Shown piece by piece: positions 31,419 through 41,105 of a stretch of 64,000 nucleotides of DNA (positions are counted from its first letter, which is position 1; each line of letters begins with the position of its first letter). A model generated the notes under the pieces. That model did no database searches and was not told the origin of the DNA. It saw nothing but the letters and a program-made list of their open reading frames with translations. Source of the stretch: an uncultured delta proteobacterium. Its GTDB lineage: Bacteria; Myxococcota_A; Polyangia; Polyangiales; Polyangiaceae. A program made the translations under genes and the position numbers. The stretch is taken from positions 480,001-544,000 of the forward strand of contig CAWKKR010000004.1 of assembly GCA_963850305.1 (NCBI GenBank). The letters run 5' to 3'.

Positions 31419-33965
31419 ATGCACGAGTTCGCACTTTCCGGCGATGGTCACGCGCTGACGGAGGGTTGGGAAGCATGCCTCACGCCTCCCGGCGCCGCCG
31501 CGGACCTCGGTGCGCTCGCAGGCGAGCGATTCTTCCCAGCGCAAGTCCCGGGAACGATCGCGTCGGCCCTCCGAGCGGCGCGCGCCTGGTCTCTCGAAGC
31601 GCCGAGGGACTTCGACGCGGAGGACGTCTTCTATCGCTGTCGATTCGCGCGACCTCACGCGCCGCCCGGTTCGAAATTCAGGCTCTGCTTCGATTGCCTC
31701 GCCACGCTCGCCGACGTCTTCCTGAACGGGGAGCCGCTGCTGTCCGCCGATAACCAGTTCGTGCGCCACGCGGCGGACGTCACGGCAGCGCTCCGCGACG
31801 ACAACGAACTCATCATCCGATTTCGCGCGCTCGCGCCCGAGCTGAAACAGAAGAAACTCCGCCCGCGATTCCGGACGAAGCTCGTAGCCGAACAGCAGCT
31901 CCGGTTCATCCGCACGACGCTGCTCGGGCGCATTCCGAGCTGGAGTCCGCCGGTCGCACCCGTGGGCCCGCTTCGCGCCATCCGGCTCGAGGTCGAAGGT
32001 CGCGCATTCATCGCCGCTCGCGCTCTGCGGACCCGCATCGACGACGGAGCGGGCGTGGTCGAGGCACGGCTCGAGCTCTCGCTCGTCGGCCAGGCACGGG
32101 TGAAGTCGGCGCGCCTCGTCGTGGGCGATCGAGAATTGTCGCTCTCCGTCGATACGCGGTTCGGTACGGCTGTACTATCGGGCAAGCTTCGCCGGGAGAA
32201 CGCGCCGCTCTGGTGGCCACATACGCACGGAGCGCAACCGCTGTTCACGACTGCGCTCGTCGTGGACTTCGACGACGGCGCCACGGTGCGTCGCGAACTC
32301 GGCCACGTTGGGTTCCGGGATCTCTCGCTCGACACTTCGGACGGCGGCTTCTCGCTCTCGGTGAACGGAACGTCCGTCTTCTGTCGCGGCGCGTGCTGGA
32401 CGCCGCTGGACATCGTCACGCTCGCGACGAATCCGGACGAATGCCGGCGTGCGCTGCGCCTCGCACGCGACGCGGGCATGAACATGATCCGCGTAGGCGG
32501 TACCATGATCTACGAAGCCGACGTCTTCTACGACCTGTGTGACGAGCTCGGACTGCTCGTTTGGCAAGATTTCATGTTCGCGAACATGGACTACCCGGCA
32601 ACCGACGACACGTTCATCGCGAACGTCCGTCGCGAAGCGCTCGAGATCCTCGGACGGCTCCAGCATCGCCCGAGCACGGCCGCCTTTTGCGGCAACAGCG
32701 AGGTCGAGCAACAGGCCGCGATGCTCGGCCTCCCGCGAGACGTCTGGTCGAACGAACTGTTCGCTCGCATCTTGCCGGAGCTCGTTCGCGACTCGTGTCC
32801 GGCGGTGCCTTACTTACCCTCGACACCGAGCGGCGGGGCCTTGCCGTTCCAGGTGAACGCGGGCGTCTCGCATTATTACGGCGTCGGCGCCTACGAGCGC
32901 CCCTTCGACGACGCGCGCCGGAGTCGCGTTCGCTTCACGGCGGAGTGTCTCGCGTTCGCCAACGTGCCGGAAGCATCGACGCTCGACCGGCTCGCGCCCG
33001 ATGGCATCCCGCCCGTCCATGACCCGCGCTGGAAAGCGCGGGTGCCGCGCGACCGAGGCCCCGGCTGGGATTTCGACGACGTGCGCGATCATTACATGGC
33101 GCTCCTCTTCGGCGAAGCATCACGAGGCGTGCGCTATGGCGATCCGGAGCGTTACCTCGAGCTCGCGCGAGTGACCACTGGCGAGGCCATGGAGCGCGTC
33201 TTCTCCGAGTGGCGTCGGCCCGCATCGGTCACGCGGGGCGCGCTCGTCTGGTTTTATCGGGATCTGTGGCCCGGCGCTGGCTGGGGCGTCGTGGATTCGA
33301 TGGGGCGTCCGAAGGCCGCGTACTTCTACCTGCGGCGAGTACTCGCCTCACGTGTCATCGTCCTCTCCGACGAGGGGCTCGATGGCCTCTTTGCGCACAT
33401 CGTGAACGAGCGCGACGCCCCGTTCGATGCGGAGGTTCGAATGAGCCTGTATCGCCACGGTGAAACGCTCGTCACCGAGGGCACGTCGCGCCGAACGATC
33501 CCGTCGCGGAGCGGGTCGAGCTTCGGTCCGTCCGACTTCTTCGAAACGTTCGTCGACACGACGTACGCTTATCGATTCGGGCCTCCCGGTCATGATTTGG
33601 TCGCGGCGACTTTGTCGGACACGGCCACCGGGGAACGACTCGGTACGGCCTTTTACTGCCCCCTCGGGTTCGCAAAGGAACAGGAACCCGACGTCGGCCT
33701 CGACGCGTTCGCCGAACCCGCGGGCGCAACGTCGTTTTTCGTCGAGGTTTCGACGAAGCGCTTCGCGCAGTCAGTCTCGCTCGATGTTCGCGGCGGCGTC
33801 CCCGAGGACGACTATTTTCACCTCGCACCGGGCGACCGTCATCGGGTCCGCGTCGAAGTGACGTCACCCTCGGCGAAGCTTCAGGGCAGTGCGAAGGCGT
33901 TGAACGCGCACCGCGTCGTGAAGATCCGTCAAGGCGCCGGTCACGGCGGCTCCCACTCGAGTTGA
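31419..33965 (+). CDS. Glycoside hydrolase family 2 (beta-mannosidase-like), no signal peptide
   Basis: LWWPHTHG, VFCRGACW, MNMIRVGG, FYDLCDELGLLVWQDFMFA, CGNSE (acid/base), FTAEC (nucleophile region), WGVVD. Confidence 0.9.
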   Translation: MHEFALSGDGHALTEGWEACLTPPGAAADLGALAGERFFPAQVPGTIASALRAARAWSLEAPRDFDAEDVFYRCRFARPHAPPGSKFRLCFDCLATLADVFLNGEPLLSADNQFVRHAADVTAALRDDNELIIRFRALAPELKQKKLRPRFRTKLVAEQQLRFIRTTLLGRIPSWSPPVAPVGPLRAIRLEVEGRAFIAARALRTRIDDGAGVVEARLELSLVGQARVKSARLVVGDRELSLSVDTRFGTAVLSGKLRRENAPLWWPHTHGAQPLFTTALVVDFDDGATVRRELGHVGFRDLSLDTSDGGFSLSVNGTSVFCRGACWTPLDIVTLATNPDECRRALRLARDAGMNMIRVGGTMIYEADVFYDLCDELGLLVWQDFMFANMDYPATDDTFIANVRREALEILGRLQHRPSTAAFCGNSEVEQQAAMLGLPRDVWSNELFARILPELVRDSCPAVPYLPSTPSGGALPFQVNAGVSHYYGVGAYERPFDDARRSRVRFTAECLAFANVPEASTLDRLAPDGIPPVHDPRWKARVPRDRGPGWDFDDVRDHYMALLFGEASRGVRYGDPERYLELARVTTGEAMERVFSEWRRPASVTRGALVWFYRDLWPGAGWGVVDSMGRPKAAYFYLRRVLASRVIVLSDEGLDGLFAHIVNERDAPFDAEVRMSLYRHGETLVTEGTSRRTIPSRSGSSFGPSDFFETFVDTTYAYRFGPPGHDLVAATLSDTATGERLGTAFYCPLGFAKEQEPDVGLDAFAEPAGATSFFVEVSTKRFAQSVSLDVRGGVPEDDYFHLAPGDRHRVRVEVTSPSAKLQGSAKALNAHRVVKIRQGAGHGGSHSS

Positions 33966-34086
33966 GCGGACGCCGTTCGGCCCCCAATGGGTGGGGGCCG
34001 AAAAGGGCCAGCAATCTGCTCGAACTCCGGGTCGCCGCCACGGTTTCCAAAGATCAGCTTGAATTTCGCTGTAACCTGGAGGTTGC

Positions 34087-34785
34087 TCAGCACCGCGTCG
34101 TGATCGTCACGAGGAACCGCTTCAGCGCCCGGAGCGCGACGAGCGGGATCTCGTGTCCGCCATCGAAGGGGACCCACGTGACGGCCAGGCCGCCCCTGAC
34201 GAGATCGTCTCGCAGGCGCTCCGCAGCGTGAAAGGACAGATCGGGGTCCGCGCGCCCGTGCGCGATGAATGCCGGCAAGCCGCGGCGTGTCTCGTATCGG
34301 CTTGCCCAGACGTCCTTGCGAATCCGGGCACCCGCGAGCTGCACCACGCCGCCAAGCGCGCGCTCCGAACTGAGCGCGAGATCGCAGCTCAGCATGGCGC
34401 CCTGCGAGAATCCGCCGACGATCACGCACGGCGGTCGGTAGGTCTCCGTGAGCGCATCGAGCACACCCTCGAGCCTCTTCCGCGCCGCGGGCAACCCCGG
34501 CGGATCGATGTCCGAGAGGTCCCGCGGCTCGCCACGCTCCATCGCCGCTGCCCGGCCCTCCTCGTCGATCGACCACCAGGCGCGGCCTCCGCGCGGACCC
34601 CGATGGGCAGCGAGCGGCCCTTCGGGAAACGCAAACAGCAATGGCAGGCCGAACGACGCCGCAAACGGTGACAGGTCGCGGGCAAACCCGTCGTAGCCAT
34701 GCAAAAGCACGACCAGGGGCGTCTCGCGGGGCGGCGCCCCGTCATTCAACGTAACCCGAAGCCCCGCAATCGAAACGTCGCGCAT
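34087..34785 (-). CDS. Phospholipase/carboxylesterase family alpha/beta hydrolase
   Basis: VVLLHGY, GGFSQGAM, HGRADP, FDGGHEIP. Confidence 0.9.
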   Translation of the reverse strand: MRDVSIAGLRVTLNDGAPPRETPLVVLLHGYDGFARDLSPFAASFGLPLLFAFPEGPLAAHRGPRGGRAWWSIDEEGRAAAMERGEPRDLSDIDPPGLPAARKRLEGVLDALTETYRPPCVIVGGFSQGAMLSCDLALSSERALGGVVQLAGARIRKDVWASRYETRRGLPAFIAHGRADPDLSFHAAERLRDDLVRGGLAVTWVPFDGGHEIPLVALRALKRFLVTITTRC

Positions 34786-34788
34786 CGT

Positions 34789-35283
34789 TCACAAGAGCAG
34801 TCGTTGCAGCTCCTCGGAGCGCGCGTCGTCGATGCCGAGCGCGGCGGCGAGATCGTCCAGGAACACGTTCTCCGACATCGATACGTCTTTGTCCGCGTAA
34901 GCGATCGCAGACGCGAGCACATACCCCACTTCCCCGCGAACGGGATCTTCGGAGAACTCGCGGGCGAGGGCCGCGATCCGCGCCGCGCCGCCGTCGACGG
35001 CGTGTCGCTCTTCGGCCGAGCGAAGCATGGCCGCGAAGTGACGAGTGTGGATTCGCGAATCGAGCTCGCGCAGCGCGCCGCGAAGGACATCGATCTCGGC
35101 CTGCTCGATGGCGCCATCGGCGCTCATGGCGAGAAACATGACCTCGCAGAGCGGGCCATACTCCTGAATGAGCATCTCCGATTCCGCGTCGTCGCCCGGT
35201 GCTCGGACGACGGACGGCGGCGCTCCTCGCTCTCGGAGTCGCTCGCTCAATGCCTGAATCTTCTCCGGGCTGAGGCGAAGCAT
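34789..35283 (-). CDS. TerB-like domain protein
   Basis: AMSADGAIEQAE and IAYADKDVSMSE..FLDDLAAALGI paired motifs. Confidence 0.75.
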   Translation of the reverse strand: MLRLSPEKIQALSERLRERGAPPSVVRAPGDDAESEMLIQEYGPLCEVMFLAMSADGAIEQAEIDVLRGALRELDSRIHTRHFAAMLRSAEERHAVDGGAARIAALAREFSEDPVRGEVGYVLASAIAYADKDVSMSENVFLDDLAAALGIDDARSEELQRLLL

Positions 35284-35350
35284 GACGCACCGAGCGTACT
35301 CCTGACGCCACGGGGGCGCGAGATCTGCCAGCGTCGGGACCCTACACTGC

Positions 35351-35755
35351 TCACTGGCGGGTCTGCGCCACAAGCTCGCGAACGGCTCGGTCGAGCTCTT
35401 CCAAAGATACGTCCTTGCGAACGAAAATCCCAAGAGCCGATGCGCGGGTCTGCTCGAATCTGTCGGCGGTAGCGCTGAAGAATATAGCGCTCAGCACGCG
35501 TCTCGTGCGGAGCATGCGCGCAGCGAGCACGATTCCGTCGCGCCAGCCGAGGTGGATGTCGAAGATCCCGCAGTCGAAAGGCTCCTCGCGCGACGCGATT
35601 TCCGCTTCTTCGGGACTTTCCGCGGTGCGAACGGAGCAGCCACGGCGCGCGAGAAATCGGGCGAGGCTCTCGGCGAGCAGCTCATTGTCATCGACGACCA
35701 GGATTCGAAATGGACGAGCGGCAATTTCGCGCCCCGAACCTTCGTTTACTTGCAC
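35351..35755 (-). CDS. Single-domain response regulator receiver
   Basis: RILVVDDN, FDCGIFDIHL, DGIVLA, FFSA, FVRK; GTG start with G-rich SD. Confidence 0.8.
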   Translation of the reverse strand: MQVNEGSGREIAARPFRILVVDDNELLAESLARFLARRGCSVRTAESPEEAEIASREEPFDCGIFDIHLGWRDGIVLAARMLRTRRVLSAIFFSATADRFEQTRASALGIFVRKDVSLEELDRAVRELVAQTRQ

Positions 35756-35864
35756 AAGTCCCCCTTTTTCCCTCGGAACGCCACCGAGATTCAACACTAT
35801 CGAATCCTTTGTCAATGCTATAAGATGTTCCTCGGCGGTAAGGAAGTCGCGATAGCTCGTCGCC

Positions 35865-36173
35865 GTGAAATTCGGACAAGAGATCCGGCGACGGAGAAAA
35901 GGACTCGGCATGACGATCGAACAACTCGCCGAACAGTCGGGGCTGACGCCCAACTACGTGGGCACGATCGAAGCGGGGCAACGTGATCCGTCGCTCAGCA
36001 CCGTGCTCGCTCTCGCCCGCGGCCTCTCCATCGCACCTGGCGAACTGCTAGGCGGGACACCGAAACTCTCGGGAGCAGCCGTCGAAGCCGCTGCTCTCTT
36101 CGACGGCGCAGCGGGAGAAGTCCAGGACGCGCTTCTCCGGCTTCTTCGCGCCGTCCCTAAAAAACGCAAGTGA
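35865..36173 (+). CDS. XRE-family helix-turn-helix regulator
   Basis: FGQEIRRRR, MTIEQLAEQSGLTPNYVGTIEAGQRDPSLSTV. Confidence 0.92.
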   Translation: MKFGQEIRRRRKGLGMTIEQLAEQSGLTPNYVGTIEAGQRDPSLSTVLALARGLSIAPGELLGGTPKLSGAAVEAAALFDGAAGEVQDALLRLLRAVPKKRK

Positions 36174-36224
36174 CCGAGCTCGGAGGCGTTGCGGCGGAGC
36201 GAGAGCACTGATTGAATATTCAGC

Positions 36225-36596
36225 ATGCTGCCCCTCGCGACACCGTCCGCCACACCATCGCCGCAGCTTTGCCTTCTCGTGAATGAGCCCGCTCGTCCTC
36301 CATGGCCCGCCGCGGAAACAGGCGAGGACTTCTGGCGTGCGATCGACGCGCTGCTGGATCGGGACGGGCCGAGTCGCACCCGGAATCGAGAAATCGCGCG
36401 ACGGCAGGCGGTGCTCCAGGGAATCGTGACCGAGGACGCCTGGCGCGAATATTTGCTGCTGGAGGACGCGCAATCGCGACGGTGTTTGCGATGGCTATGG
36501 CTCGTCGCTCAGTGGGCCCATGAGGAAGGCCGGCGCTCCACGACTTCGGAGGCCGACTCGACGGCGACCCGAGGCCGGCGGCGCGGCACGCGGTAA
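36225..36596 (+). CDS. Hypothetical helical protein downstream of XRE
   Basis: Fills the gap between XRE and the convergent dioxygenase; protein-like composition (AWREYLLLED...WAHEEGRR). Confidence 0.55.
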   Translation: MLPLATPSATPSPQLCLLVNEPARPPWPAAETGEDFWRAIDALLDRDGPSRTRNREIARRQAVLQGIVTEDAWREYLLLEDAQSRRCLRWLWLVAQWAHEEGRRSTTSEADSTATRGRRRGTR

Positions 36597-36602
36597 CGGG
36601 CA

Positions 36603-37379
36603 TCAGCCAAACTGGACGGACCGTCGCGTGAACGCACCGTCCATCCAGAATCCGGTGATGGGAAACGTCACTGGCGTCGGGTGCGCGGCCGCCGCACCGG
36701 CGGAGACGAGCAGGGGCGCATAGTGTTCCCACGTCGGCAGCGCGGTCGCCGCGGCGGGCGCGCGACGCCGAAAATCCATGAGGGCGTCGACGTCGAGACG
36801 CGCGAGGTTGTCGGCGGCCCAGGCGTCGAACTCACGAGCCCACGCGGGGACGCCTCTCTTGAACGCATAGCTCATATTGTGCGTCAGAAATCCGCTCCCG
36901 AAAATCAACACGCCCTCGTCGCGAAGCGGCGCGAGCGCCGCGCCGAGCGCGACGAGTCTCTGCGGCTCCAGCCCCGGCATCGATATTTGCAGCACTGGAA
37001 CGTCGGCCCGCGGATACATCGCGACGAGCGGGACGTAAGCGCCGTGGTCGAGTCCGCGGCGCGGTTCGTCGGTGACCGCGACGTCCGCAGCCTTCAGGAG
37101 CTCGCGAACCCGCGACGCGACGCCGGGCGCTCCGGGTGACGCGTAGCGCGTCTCGTAGTAGCGCGGCGGAAAGCCGTAAAAGTCGTACACGAGTGGCACC
37201 GTCGCGGTCGCTCCGATCGTGACGGGCCGCTGATCCCAGTGAGCGGACACCACGAGGACCGCCGTCGGGGTCGGCATCGCGCGTGCCCACTCTCCGAGCT
37301 CCGCCATCCACTCCGCGTCGTCGAGCAACACGGGCGCGCCGTGGGCGGCGAAGATCACGGGCATCCGCGCCGCTACCAT
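36603..37379 (-). CDS. DODA/YgiD-type class III extradiol dioxygenase
   Basis: MPVIFAAHGAP, VVSAHW, YDFYGFP, RGLDHGAYVPL, GSGFLTHN, EHYAPL. Confidence 0.92.
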   Translation of the reverse strand: MVAARMPVIFAAHGAPVLLDDAEWMAELGEWARAMPTPTAVLVVSAHWDQRPVTIGATATVPLVYDFYGFPPRYYETRYASPGAPGVASRVRELLKAADVAVTDEPRRGLDHGAYVPLVAMYPRADVPVLQISMPGLEPQRLVALGAALAPLRDEGVLIFGSGFLTHNMSYAFKRGVPAWAREFDAWAADNLARLDVDALMDFRRRAPAAATALPTWEHYAPLLVSAGAAAAHPTPVTFPITGFWMDGAFTRRSVQFG

Positions 37380-37422
37380 CGCGCCGACCCCGGAGCCGTC
37401 CTCACCATCCGATTCTCGCTCA

Positions 37423-38283
37423 TCACGAGCCCCTGACGATCGCGTCCTTCGCGATGACGGTCCAGTCGCTCTTGCCATGCCCGGACTCGATGAAACGATC
37501 CATTACCTTGGCGATCGCCGGGAGTACGGCGAGCGAAGCGCCATGCGCCGCAGCCTCCTCCAGCATCAGCCGCGCGTCCTTGCGGGCCATTCGGAGCTCC
37601 CACGACGGGTGGTCGAAGTCCGCTCCGAGAATCCGTTCGAGGCGCGCTTGCATGGTCACGGCCGGGTTGAAGAACTCGAAGAGCCGCGCGGCCTCCTCGG
37701 GCCGCACCCCGACGGCGTTTCCGAGCGCAAAAAAGTCGGCGAGCCCCGACGTCAGGAACATCAGGAAGGAGTTGCCGAGCAGCTTGAAGGCCGCCGCACG
37801 CTCGGGCTCCGCGCCGACATACACGAGCCGCCCCGTCATCTTCTCGAGCACGGAAGCGAGCGCGTCGAACCGCGGCTTGTCGCCCGACCCGAGCATGACG
37901 CCAGTCGATTCGAGCGCGTTCTGCGGACCCATGAACACCGGCGCATGCAGAAACTGGATGCCACGTGCGCTCCATCGTTCGGCGCGCGCGCGGGTTCCCG
38001 TCGGTGACGTCGTGGTGTGATCCACGATGACGGCGCTCGCCGACAGCCCGGGGCGGAGCCGCTCGAGCACGTCATCGACGGCCGCGTCGTCCGAGAGCGT
38101 CAGATGAACGCGTGTCGCGCCCCGCGCCGCCTCGGCAGGATCGTCGACCGGCGTCGCGCCTTCCGCGACGAGGGCCCGCGCGCGCTCCGGGTTGCGGTTC
38201 CAGACTCTGACGGCCTCGCCCCGGCGACGGAGAGCGCGCACGAAGTTCGACCCGAGAAGACCCATTCCGTAAAACGCGATCAT
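37423..38283 (-). CDS. NAD(P)-dependent oxidoreductase, 3-hydroxyisobutyrate dehydrogenase family
   Basis: GMGLLG, VWNRN, DHTTTSP, HAPVFMGP, FKLLGN, KDARL. Confidence 0.9.
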   Translation of the reverse strand: MIAFYGMGLLGSNFVRALRRRGEAVRVWNRNPERARALVAEGATPVDDPAEAARGATRVHLTLSDDAAVDDVLERLRPGLSASAVIVDHTTTSPTGTRARAERWSARGIQFLHAPVFMGPQNALESTGVMLGSGDKPRFDALASVLEKMTGRLVYVGAEPERAAAFKLLGNSFLMFLTSGLADFFALGNAVGVRPEEAARLFEFFNPAVTMQARLERILGADFDHPSWELRMARKDARLMLEEAAAHGASLAVLPAIAKVMDRFIESGHGKSDWTVIAKDAIVRGS

Positions 38284-38351
38284 GGGGCTCTCTTAGAGCT
38301 AAACCCGTCGGAAGGCGAGCCAGCGGGGCGCCCGGATGCCGGAAAGAACCT

Positions 38352-39659
38352 TCACTTCAGTGCGGCGGCGGCCTGGGCGCTCACCGTCGCAATGAGATCG
38401 TCGAGCTCGAGATTGTAATCGGCGAGATGCGTCCCGAAGCCGAGCGCTTCGCTCGGGGTGTTTCGGTAAGCCGGTATGGCGCGTTCGTCGCCCGCGCTCT
38501 GGTTCGGATACACCTGGAGAAATGTGTACTTGCCGCTCGTGACGCAGGTTCCAGCGAAGAGATCGCTCGCCATCGTGAACGGCGTATTCACGTGCGGCAA
38601 TGTCGTCGCCGGCTCATTCGGTGCGAGCCCGACGTCGTAGAACTTCGTCGGCGAGTAGCTGCCGGCGAAGTTGCCCGAGTTCCCCGCGAGGAGCGCAGGA
38701 TTCGTGCAGGCGTCCTGTTGACCCGCAGCCGCGGTCCCGAAGAGCGAGTCTGGCGGGGGCGGCGCGTCCTTGGCGAAGCTGTTGTAGGCGACGATGCATC
38801 CGACCTGCCCCTGGGTCGTGCAGATCGGAACGTTCGCGAACGTCCCTCCGACGGCCTTGCCGACGGGCACGTCGATGGCTCCGCCGATGAGCAGCGCGGA
38901 GATCATGTTCGATCGCATCGTCGGGTCATTGTCGAAGAGATTTTGCATCAGCGTCGTCAGCACGAACGTGCCCTGGGAGTGCCCCATCAGCACGAACTTC
39001 CGGCCGTTGTTGTAGTGCGCGAGGTAGTACTGAAAGGCGGCCTCGACGTCGGCGTACGCGAGGGCCGAGTTGCCGGTGAAGCCGACCCCTGCTTCGCCCC
39101 CGCTCGCCGCGGCGTCGCCCTCGGCCGTCCCGGCCGCCGGCGCAGTGAGCGACAGGGACACCTGTCGATACAGCGGCGCGTACACCTTGCAGATCCGCGT
39201 GAAGCGCGCAGCCTGACTCAGTAACGGATCCAGGATCAAGTCCACGTTGGCGTCCGAGAAATCCGTCATGTTGCCATCCCCCGAGAGATCGACGGTCGGA
39301 TAGACGTAGAAGCAATCGAACGGCGGATCCTTCGCCGGGACGTGGCGATCGAGCCGCTTCGAGCCGTCCTTCAGGAACTCCGTCGCGTCGAGGTCCACGA
39401 GACACTCGTTCGGACTCGTGCCGGGCAGGCAGAGCCACGCCGCGGGATCGCTGAAGTCGAGCGGCGCGTCGCCGACGGCCGTCACGGCGCTCCGGTCGAC
39501 CTTCGGCGGCGCGCCGTCGAACGCGGCGTCCAGACCGCCCGCGTCCATCGAGGGCTGCACGCCGGAATCCGTTCCTTCCGTCCCGAGGCTCTTCGAACTC
39601 GAGCCACACCCCGAGAGCACCGTCACGCCGATTGCGAAAATGAAGCCATGCCGGATCAT
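38352..39659 (-). CDS. DUF3089-like alpha/beta hydrolase lipoprotein
   Basis: Lipobox LSGC; DCFYVYPTV, QAARF, YAPLYRQ, AYADVEAAF, GHSQG, HLADYNL. Confidence 0.85.
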   Translation of the reverse strand: MIRHGFIFAIGVTVLSGCGSSSKSLGTEGTDSGVQPSMDAGGLDAAFDGAPPKVDRSAVTAVGDAPLDFSDPAAWLCLPGTSPNECLVDLDATEFLKDGSKRLDRHVPAKDPPFDCFYVYPTVDLSGDGNMTDFSDANVDLILDPLLSQAARFTRICKVYAPLYRQVSLSLTAPAAGTAEGDAAASGGEAGVGFTGNSALAYADVEAAFQYYLAHYNNGRKFVLMGHSQGTFVLTTLMQNLFDNDPTMRSNMISALLIGGAIDVPVGKAVGGTFANVPICTTQGQVGCIVAYNSFAKDAPPPPDSLFGTAAAGQQDACTNPALLAGNSGNFAGSYSPTKFYDVGLAPNEPATTLPHVNTPFTMASDLFAGTCVTSGKYTFLQVYPNQSAGDERAIPAYRNTPSEALGFGTHLADYNLELDDLIATVSAQAAAALK

Positions 39660-39746
39660 GAAGCCGTCCCTCCGAGCCGCGCCGAATGCGACGCTGGCCG
39701 GCGTCTAGCATCGTCACGCCCGGACGGGAACGACGGACCCGTCGCG

Positions 39747-41105
39747 TCAGGGCGTCCCTGCGTCCGGCATGCCAGGGATCACGGCCTTGCACGTGTTCGC
39801 GATGCACTTCGGCATGCCCGGGAACGCGCAGGGCAAGGCCAGCGTGTGGCACCCGGCGTCCACGAATGGGACGCAGAGCGTTTGCTCGATGTCCGTCAGT
39901 TCCACGGCGAGATCGGCGAGGCCGGACTTCGAGATCAGCGTGCCGCACCCGCCCTCGCACGACACGAGCGATTGGATCGCACAGTCCGAGTCCTGCGTGC
40001 ACGAACGGCCGGGGCTCGCCTCGTATCCGCCGACGGCCTGCTCGATCTGCGTCGTGCGATCGTCGCAGGTCGGCGGCGTCGTGCCGCCGCCCTGGACGTT
40101 GATCGGTGGGATCTCGCAAGTCCCACCGACGCACGTGGGTACGCCTTCCGCCGGGCACCCGGAGAGACCCGGACCAACGCAACCTGCCTGGAAGAAGTCC
40201 CCGCAATATTGCTGCGCAATTCCCGAGAGCTGCGCGGCGATGGACGCCGACCCGGACGCCGCGACGGCAACCTGGGTGCAGCTATCGCCGTAGCACTCAT
40301 TCCCGAGCGTCATCGCGGTGCAATCGGCGTCGGCCTTGCAGGCTCGATCCGCGCCGGCAAATACCGCCGCAACCTCGGGGCTCATCTCCGCGGTTCGGTC
40401 CTCGCACGTCACGACGCCACCGTCCGCGTGCGACACGAGGACCGGCGCCTTGCAGAAGCCGCCCGTACAAACGGAGTTCGTCCCGAGCGATGCGCAATCG
40501 GAATCGGTCGTGCACACGATGGCGCAACCTTCTCCTTGAAACGTCACCTGACTGTTCACGCACGCGGACGTCATGCTGTATTCGGTCGGGCAGGTCGCGA
40601 GCGCAGAGAACCTGGTGCAGTCGGTCGTCGCGGTGCACGGCGCCGTGCAAAGGCCGCAAAAACACCGGAGCCCACTTCCGCAGTCCGCGTCGCTCAGGCA
40701 CACGGATGACCAGGCGCCGTCATGCGACCCGCCGTCGGCCGGCGGAGTCGATGTCGTGTTCTGGCATCGCGCGCCGGAACAGGTGAGGGCCGCCCCCGCG
40801 ATGGCGCAGTCCGCGTCTTTCGAACACGCGAGCGCGCACGAGCGGCTCGTGGCGGCACACGACACGCTGGTCGACACCGGAGCCGCGCAGCTTGCGGCGC
40901 TCGAAAGCGCGCTGCAATCCGACGCGCTCGCGCACGGCTTCGTGCAGGAGCCGCAGATGCACTGAAAGCCATTCGTGCAATCGGAGTCCGCCACGCACGT
41001 CGTGAGCCAGTTCGAGTTGCTTCCGGTTCGATCCGTCGCCCCGCCGCACGCGCCGGCGAGGGTTCCCCCCAATAATCCCAGGAACACGAGCTTAGCGATC
41101 TTCAC
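39747..41105 (-). CDS. Cys-rich repeat lipoprotein
   Basis: Lipobox AGAC; repeated CxxDxDC modules; GTGA overlap with the upstream gene and GAGGAGG SD. Confidence 0.85.
   Translation of the reverse strand: MKIAKLVFLGLLGGTLAGACGGATDRTGSNSNWLTTCVADSDCTNGFQCICGSCTKPCASASDCSALSSAASCAAPVSTSVSCAATSRSCALACSKDADCAIAGAALTCSGARCQNTTSTPPADGGSHDGAWSSVCLSDADCGSGLRCFCGLCTAPCTATTDCTRFSALATCPTEYSMTSACVNSQVTFQGEGCAIVCTTDSDCASLGTNSVCTGGFCKAPVLVSHADGGVVTCEDRTAEMSPEVAAVFAGADRACKADADCTAMTLGNECYGDSCTQVAVAASGSASIAAQLSGIAQQYCGDFFQAGCVGPGLSGCPAEGVPTCVGGTCEIPPINVQGGGTTPPTCDDRTTQIEQAVGGYEASPGRSCTQDSDCAIQSLVSCEGGCGTLISKSGLADLAVELTDIEQTLCVPFVDAGCHTLALPCAFPGMPKCIANTCKAVIPGMPDAGTP

Noticed and set aside
34087..35283. TerB + esterase as an anti-phage or tellurite-resistance system
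   Set aside because: Lone TerB-like gene with no other ter or defence genes nearby
37373..37423. 16-codon bridging ORF (MSENRMVRTAPGSARW) between the oxidoreductase and the dioxygenase
   Set aside because: Could be chance or an indel artefact; no independent support
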